Assembly: GCA_048571215.1 (NCBI GenBank) | Contig: CP182352.1 | Coordinates: forward strand, 512,001-576,000 | Direction of reading: 5' to 3' | Length of the DNA stretch: 64,000 bases | From: Halarcobacter sp. | Lineage (GTDB): Bacteria > Campylobacterota > Campylobacteria > Campylobacterales > Arcobacteraceae | Shown: piece by piece, positions 46,901-55,900 of the stretch | Layout of the letters: every line of letters begins with the position of its first letter | How positions within the stretch are numbered: the stretch's first letter is position 1 | Notes under the pieces: model-generated | What the model was told of the DNA's origin: nothing | Database searches by the model: none | Seen by the model: only the letters and a program-made list of their open reading frames with translations | Made by a program: the position numbers and the translations under genes

Positions 46901-49900
46901 CTAGTGAAATATTCTTTTTAGGAAAAGGTAATGATAATATAAACTCTGGATATGGTAATGATACCCTAGATGGTGGAGCAGGTAATGACCAACTAAATGG
47001 ATGGGGAGATAATGACACTTATATCTTTGGAAGAGGGTATGGAGAAGATACAATTATAGATTATCGGATTACATCTTTAAGTGGACAGCTTGTTAGTGGA
47101 GGAAGTGATACAATACAATTTAACGAAGGTATTACAGCAGATGATTTGATTTTTATGCAACAAAATAATGAATTAGTTATTGGTATAAAAGAAGATGGAA
47201 AAACATTTGCTGAATTATCTGATAAATTAACTATAACAAATTGGCAAGATGTACATTATCGAATAGAAAATATTAAATTTTATGATAATAGTTCTTTAAG
47301 TTTTGAAGATATTCAATCATCTTTTATAGTATCAAGTGATGATAGTATAAGTACAAATGGTGGAAGTGATATAGTATATGGAGGAAAAGGTAATGATAAT
47401 ATAAACTCTGGATATGGTAATGATACCCTAGATGGTGGAGCAGGTAATGACCAACTAAATGGATGGGGAGATAATGACACTTATATCTTTGGAAGAGGGT
47501 ATGGAGAAGATACAATTATAGATTATCGGATTACATCTTTAAGTGGACAGCTTGTTAGTGGAGGAAGTGATACAATACAATTTAACGAAGGTATTACAGC
47601 AGATGATTTGATTTTTATGCAACAAAATAATGAATTAGTTATTGGTATAAAAGAAGATGGAAAAACATTTGCTGAATTATCTGATAAATTAACTATAACA
47701 AATTGGAATGATAGTTATTATTCAATTGAAAATTTTGTTTTTGATAATGGAATAACTTTATTAAAAGAAGAGATACAGTCTTTAATAATATCACCAAATG
47801 ATGACATAATAAATATGTCAAATAGAAATGATACTATTTATTCAGGAACTGGAAATGATACCATATATTCAGGATCGGGAGATGACACCATTTATTCAGG
47901 AAGTGGAGAAGATTATTTATATGGGGAAAATGGTTCTGATTATTTATATGCTGGAGAGGATGATGATATTCTTGAAGGTGGAGTTGGTTCAGATTATTTA
48001 TATGGAGAAAATGGTTCTGATACCTATGTATTTAAAAGTGGACATGGACAAGATATAATAGTCGATAACCTTGGCAAACATATTTTAATTTTTGACTCAA
48101 ATGTCTCAAAAGAAAATTTTATTTTTAAAAAATTTAGTAATGATCTATTTATTTTAAAAGATAATAGTGCTGATAATGTAGTGATTAAGGATTGGTTTAT
48201 TAATAATAATGAATTAGAAATTAAGATTATTAATGAAACTATAATTACTACAGAATATATTTTATCTAATATAATTGATGGTGATTTAGAAGCTGAAAAT
48301 ACTGCGAATACCTTATATAGTATTTCTGATACTATTCTTCATGGAGAATTAGGAAATGATACTTATTCTTATAATATTGGAGATGGTATTATTTTGATAG
48401 ATGATCAATATAATATTAATGGTAATGAAGTTCAAGCAGGATATGATAAACTTAAATTTACTGGTAACATTACTATGGATGACTTGGTTTTTGAAAAGTA
48501 TAATAATGACTTAATAATAAAAGTAAATTATAATGAACTTGTTGATGATTCATTGCAAGATGTAATTATAATAAGAAATTGGCAAAATAATAATCAGGGA
48601 ATTGAAGAAATTATTTTTAACAATGGAGGAAGTTTAACTATTGATAAAACTAATAGTTATAAAGATACTACATTTGATATCAATTTAATACCTCAAAATA
48701 AGCATTTGTTTGGATATGAAGATAATATATTTGATGGAAATAATTATGATGAAGTAATTTTTACGGATAATGGGAACGATACAATAAACTCAGGATTTGG
48801 GAATGATACCCTAGATGGAGGTAGTGGAGATGACCAATTAAATGGAAGTAGAGGAGATGATATATATGTATTTGGAAGAGGATATGGACAAGATACAATA
48901 GTTGATCATTATAGACATTATACAGGCAACAATGCCGGAAATGATACGATACAGTTTAAAGAAGGAATAACAGCAGATGATTTAATCTTTATGCAAAATA
49001 ATAGTGATTTAATTATAGCAATAAAAGAGGATGGAAAAATATTTGAAGAGTTAGTAGATAAGATTACTGTAAAAAATTGGACAGACTTGTATGATAGTAT
49101 GGAGAATTTCAGTTTTTCAGATGGAAGCTCATTAACAAAAGAAGATGTACAATTGTCAATGATTTCACCAAATGATGATGTTATGAATGGTGGTGATGGA
49201 GATGAAGTTTTCTATGGAAAAGTAGGGAACGATACAATAAACTCAGGACATGGGAATGATACCCTAGATGGAGGTAGTGGAGATGACCAATTAAATGGAA
49301 GTAGAGGAGATGATATATATGTATTTGGAAGAGGATATGGACAAGATACAATAGTTGATCATTATAGACATTATACAGGCAACAATGCCGGAAATGATAC
49401 GATACAGTTTAAAGAAGGAATAACAGCAGATGATTTAATCTTTATGCAAAATAATAGTGATTTAATTATAGCAATAAAAGAGGATGGAAAAATATTTGAA
49501 GAGTTAGTAGATAAGATTACTGTTAAGAATTGGAATGATCAATATGATAGTATAGAAACTTTAAAGTTTGTTGATGGTACAGAACTTTTAAGAGATGAGA
49601 TATTTCCATTAATGATAGGGAATAATGATGATGTAATAAATACAACAAGTGAAGCAAATCAATTATTGTATGGGAAAGAAGGGAATGACACAATTAGTTC
49701 CGCAGGTGGGAATGATATTGTGTATGGAGGAATAGGTAATGATACAATAAACTCAGGACATGGGAATGATACCTTAGATGGAGGAGAAGGAGATGATACA
49801 ATTAGTTCCGCAGATGGAGATGATATTGTTTATGCAGGAATAGGCAATGATACAATAAACTCAGGACATGGGGATGATACCTTAGATGGAGGTGCAGGAG

Positions 49901-52900
49901 ATGATACAATTAATTCTTCAGATGGAAATGATATTATTTTTTCAGGTATAGGTAATGATATAATAAATTCGGGGAATGGAAATGATACTTTAGATGGTGA
50001 AGCGGGAGATGATCAACTAAATGGATGGAAAGGTAATGACGCTTATATCTTTGGACGAGGATATGGACATGATACTATAAGTGAATTTATTGGTTCTTAC
50101 ATGTCTAGTCTTTATGCAAATAATTTAGGAAATGATACTATTCAGTTTAGTGAAGGTATAACTATTACAGATTTAATTTTTATGCAAAAGGATAGTGATT
50201 TAATAATTGCAATAAAAGAAGATAGTAAAGAGTTTGAAGAATTGAATGATAAATTAATTATTAAGAACTTTACTAATGCAAAGTTTTCAATTGAAAATTT
50301 CACTTTTTCAAATGGTGATATTTTAATAAAAGAAGATATTTTACCTTTAATAATAACTAATAATGATGATAATATATTAGGTGGGAATGGTGATGATATT
50401 CTAAATGGTGGAATTGGTGATGATATTCTAAATGGTCTAGGTGGTAATGACATCTATACTTTTTCAAGAGGGGATGGTAAAGATATTATTTTTGATTTTA
50501 TTAATTTTTATGGGGATGGAAACACCATTAATAGTGGTGGAAATGATACTATACAGTTTAGTGAAGGTATCATGGCAGATGACTTGATTTTTATAAAGGA
50601 TGATTATGATTTAGTAATTGGATTAAAAGAAAATGGAAAAACTTTTGAAGAATTAAATGATAAAATAACAATAAGCTCTTTCTTTTTGTCACCTTTTTAT
50701 AGAATAGAAAAAATAGAATTTATTTCAGATAGTGAAAATAATATTGAAAATTTACCTCTTTTTATTTTAAAGCCTACAAATGATGATGATATATTAAAGT
50801 ATACTAGTAATTCTGAAGTAGTTAATGCTTTAGCAGGAAATGATATTATTTATACTTATGAAGGAGATGATACAATATATGGTGAAAGTGGAGATGATAC
50901 AATATATGGTGGAAGTGGAGCTGATACTATAGATGGTGGAACTGAAGATGATACAATATATGCTGAAAGTGGAGATGATACAATATATGGTGGAAGTGGA
51001 GCTGATACTATAGATAGTGGAAGGGGAGATGATACAATATATGGTGGAAGTGGAGATGATATTATAGATAGTGGAAGTGAAGCTGATACTATTGATGGTG
51101 GAAGTGGAGATGATACTATAAATGGTGGAAGTGGAGATGATACATATTTATTTGGTATAGGTTCAGGAAAAGATACAATATTGGATATTAAAGTATCTTA
51201 CGGAGGAAATTATTTTGGAGGTAGTGATTCAATCCAATTAAAAGAAGGTATAACTGTTGATGATTTGATTTTTATGCAAGAGGATAATGATCTAATAATC
51301 GCAATAAAAGAAGATGGTAAGGCTTTTGAAGAATTATCAGATAAACTAATACTAACAAATTGGCAAGATGAAGATTATAGAATAGAAAACATCAAATTTT
51401 CAGACGGAACTTTATTAACTTCAGAAAATATATTATCATATCTGCCTAATCCTATTTATGGAACAAATTTAGATGACACTTTATCTAGTGAGAATAATGA
51501 GAATACTAATTTAATTTTTTATGGATTAGATGGTAATGACGAAATATATGCTGGAGAAGGAGATGATATATTAAATGGTGGAGTTGGAAATGATTATTTA
51601 GAAGGTGGAATTGGAAGTGATACCTATATATTTGAAAAAGGTTTTGGTGAAGATATAGTATCAGATTATACTTATTATAATGATATAAATACTATAAAAT
51701 TTGGTGAAGGAATATATAAGGATAATCTAATCTTTACTAAAACAGATTATGAAAGTTTAGAAATAACTTTTAATATAGAAGGTATGGAAACTGATAAATT
51801 AATTATTGAAGAGTTTTATAATGAATTTGGTATAGGAAAAATAGAGTTTACCTCAGATAATACAAATAATATAGATGATTTTATATCTTTTATGTTTGAA
51901 AAACCAGCAACTTCTGGGGATGATATCTTAGTTTATACTGATAAAGATAATAGTGATAATATAAACATTGTTGATGGACTTGAAGGTGATGATATTATTT
52001 ATACTAATTCTGGAGATGATATATTAAATGGTGGAATAGGAGATGATGAATTATATGCTGGAGAAGGAGATGATATATTAAATGGTGGAGTTGGATATGA
52101 TTATTTAGAAGGTGGAATAGGTAGTGATACTTATATCTTTGAAATAGGTTCAGGATATGATTTTATTTATGATGAAGGAGATATTAATAGTACTGATGCA
52201 ATTAGATTTGGAGAAGGAATATTAAAAGAACATTTAATATTTGAAAATGACTTTGGAAATTTACAAATTACTTTTTCTAAAGAAGGAATGGAAAATGATA
52301 TTTTAATTATAGGAGGTTTCCATAATTTCTATAATATATATGAACAGAGAAATAGAATTGAAAAGATAGAATTTCTTTCAGATAGCACAAATAATATAGA
52401 TAATCTCATCTCATATATATTTGAAAAGCCAACTACTAATGGAGATGATATAGTTGAGTATTTAGATAAAGAAAATAGTGATAATATAGATATTATAGAT
52501 GGGCTTGATGGTAATGATATGATTTTTACTCATTCTGGAGATGATATTTTAAATGGAAATAGTGGAGAAGATTACTTAAATGGTGGGAATGGAAACGATA
52601 TATTAGAGGGTGGTTTAGATAATGACTATCTTTATGGAGAAAAAGGTGATGATACATATGTATTTAGTAGAGGAGATGGTTTAGATTCTATAGTTGATGA
52701 GGTGGTCTATATTGAAGATGAGGATAGTGATATATATTTTGATGGAGGAAATGATACAATTCAATTTAAAGGAGATATAACAGTAGATGATTTAATAATT
52801 AAATTAGTTGAATCTGATCTAATGTTAGGTAGAAGGACTGATTTAGTAATAGGATTAAAAGAGGATGGTGTAGCTTTTGAAAGTCTTTCAGATAAGATTA

Positions 52901-55900
52901 CTATTGCCAATTGGCAAGATGCAAATTATAGAGTAGAAAACATCAAATTTTCAGATGGTACACTGTTAACCTTTACAGATGACCAAGCGAATTATACTCT
53001 CACTGAACCAACTCAATCAACACCACCAATAGTATTAGATATGAATTTAAATGGTATTACATCTGTATCTTTAGAAGATTCAACTGCATATTTTGATTAT
53101 GCAGCAGATGGACAAAGAGAACATACGGCTTGGATAGAAAATGGTGATGCCTTATTAGTTGCAGATTTAAATAATGATGGAGTTATAAATGATGGTAGTG
53201 AGTTATTTGGTAACTATACAAAACTATCAGATGGAACTTTGGCTAGCGATGGGTATGAGGCTTTAGCTCAATATGATTCTAATTCTGACTCAATAATTGA
53301 TTATAAAGATAATAATTATTCTAAACTATCTTTATGGAATGATTTAAATCACAATGGTAAAACTGATGCTGGTGAATTACAAAATATTCAGTTAAGTACT
53401 ATTAGAGCTATACATCTAACAAATACAGAAAACACTATATTTGAACAAGTTACTGAAAATGGAAATTTAATTACAAATGAAACTATCTATGAGACTAATA
53501 CTGATAATGGAAAAGTAAGAGATATATGGTTTGAATATGATGAAACAGATTATATTACAAATAATGATACTCTTCAAGCTTCAAATACTCAAAAATATTT
53601 AAGCTTGAAAGATGGAAATGACACTTACATATACTCTTTAGGTGATGGTTTAGTTACAATTGATGATGCAGGAGATGGAGAAGATACACTTAAGTTTACT
53701 CAAGATATAAAAAAAGAACAAATTGAGGTTCGTTGGAATAAAAATAGTGATGATATAATCTTGGCTATTAGACCAACTATTGACGATACTACCGCAGTAA
53801 CAGAACTTGAAGATCAAATTTTGATAAAAAATTGGTTTAATGATAGTGGTTCAATTGAAACTGTAGAGTTTAGTGATGGGACAATATTAAATAAAGAACA
53901 ACTTTTTGAAATACTTACTTCAAAAAAAGATTCTTCACCAATAATAACTAGAGTACTTAGTGAAAATGGACAACTTGAAGGTGGAATATTTAATGATGTA
54001 CTCTATGGTTCAACAGGTAGTGAACTACTAGATGGAAAAGATGGACACGATTATCTAAAAGGATTAGATGGTGATGATCAGATAGTTGGAGGAAGAGGTG
54101 ATGATACACACTTTGGAGGAAAAGGAGATGATTTATCTTTAGATATTTCAGGAGATGAATACTATATTTTCAACAGAGGTGATGGACAAGATACAATTAT
54201 TGATGCAAGTGGTAATGATTTGATAATATTTGGTTCTGATATTTCAATTGATGATTTGATAATCAAACAATCAGAAGAAAACCTAATAATTGCTTTAAAT
54301 GAAGAGGGTGTAGAGTTTGATTTATTAAAAGATACTATTACTATACAAAATTATTTAGTAGATGAATATAAAATTGAAAATTTAGAGTTTTCAAATGGAA
54401 ATAGAATAAACTTAGAAGAATACTTAAATTCTTCGGTTGATACTGAGATAGTATTAAAAAGTTTTGAAGTAAATCTACAAGAAGATAATAGTATATCAGG
54501 TAGTTTAGATGTTACAGGAAATATTGATGGAATAGAGTTTTCTATAGAAACTATATCAGAAAATTCTAGTTTGCAAATTGATGAATTAGGAAATTATACA
54601 TATACTCCAAATGAAAACTTTAATGGTACTGAACAAATTATAGTAAGTGTAACTAATGATTACGGTGAAACAAGTACTGCAACTATTGATTTTATTATAG
54701 AAGCAGTAAATGATACTCCAATAGCAAAAGAGGATAGTGCAGAAGTAATAGAGAATGGAACATTAACAATACAAGCAATAGATATATTATCAAATGATAT
54801 AGATGTAGATGAGAATGATGTCTTAACAATAACAGATGTAAGTGGCGTAGAAAATAAAGGAGTAGTTAGTTTAGTAGATGGTAATGTAGTGTTTGAGACA
54901 GGGGAAGACTTTGATTATCTAGCAGAAGGTGAGAGTGAAGAGGTTATACTAACATATGAGATGCAAGATGATAAAGGGGCAAGTTCAAGTTCAACAATAA
55001 CAGTAACAGTAAGTGGAACAAATGATGCACCAGTTATTTCAACAATTCAAACTGTAGATATATTAGAAGATGCAAATATCTTAAACGGACAAATAGAAGC
55101 AAGAGATGTAGATAATAACTCAAGTCTAATATTTACAACAATACAAACAGTTGCAGGGTTTACATTAAATGAAGATGGAAGTTATAGCTTCGATTCAAGT
55201 AATGAAGAATATCAAAGTTTGAGCCAAGGAGATGTGAAAGAGATAATTATTCCAATTACAGTTACAGATGAAAATGGAAGTGCTGATACAAAAGATTTAA
55301 TAATCAAAGTTATAGGAACAAATGATACTCCAATAGCAAAAGAGGATAATGCAGAAGTAATAGAGAATGGAACATTAACAATACAAGCAATAGATATATT
55401 ATCAAATGATATAGATGTAGATGAGAATGATGTCTTAACAATAACAGATGTAAGTGGCGTAGAAAATAAAGGAGTAGTTAGTTTAGTAGATGGTAATGTA
55501 GTGTTTGAGACAGGGGAAGACTTTGATTATCTAGCAGAAGGTGAGAGTGAAGAGGTTATACTAACATATGAGATGCAAGATGATAAAGGGGCAAGTTCAA
55601 GTTCAACAATAACAGTAACAGTAAGTGGAACAAATGATGCACCAGTTATTTCAACAATTCAAACTGTAGATATATTAGAAGATGCAAATATCTTAAACGG
55701 ACAAATAGAAGCAAGAGATGTAGATAATAACTCAAGTCTAATATTTACAACAATACAAACAGTTGCAGGGTTTACATTAAATGAAGATGGAAGTTATAGC
55801 TTCGATTCAAGTAATGAAGAATATCAAAGTTTGAGCCAAGGAGATGTGAAAGAGATAATTATTCCAATTACAGTTACAGATGAAAATGGAAGTGCTGATA

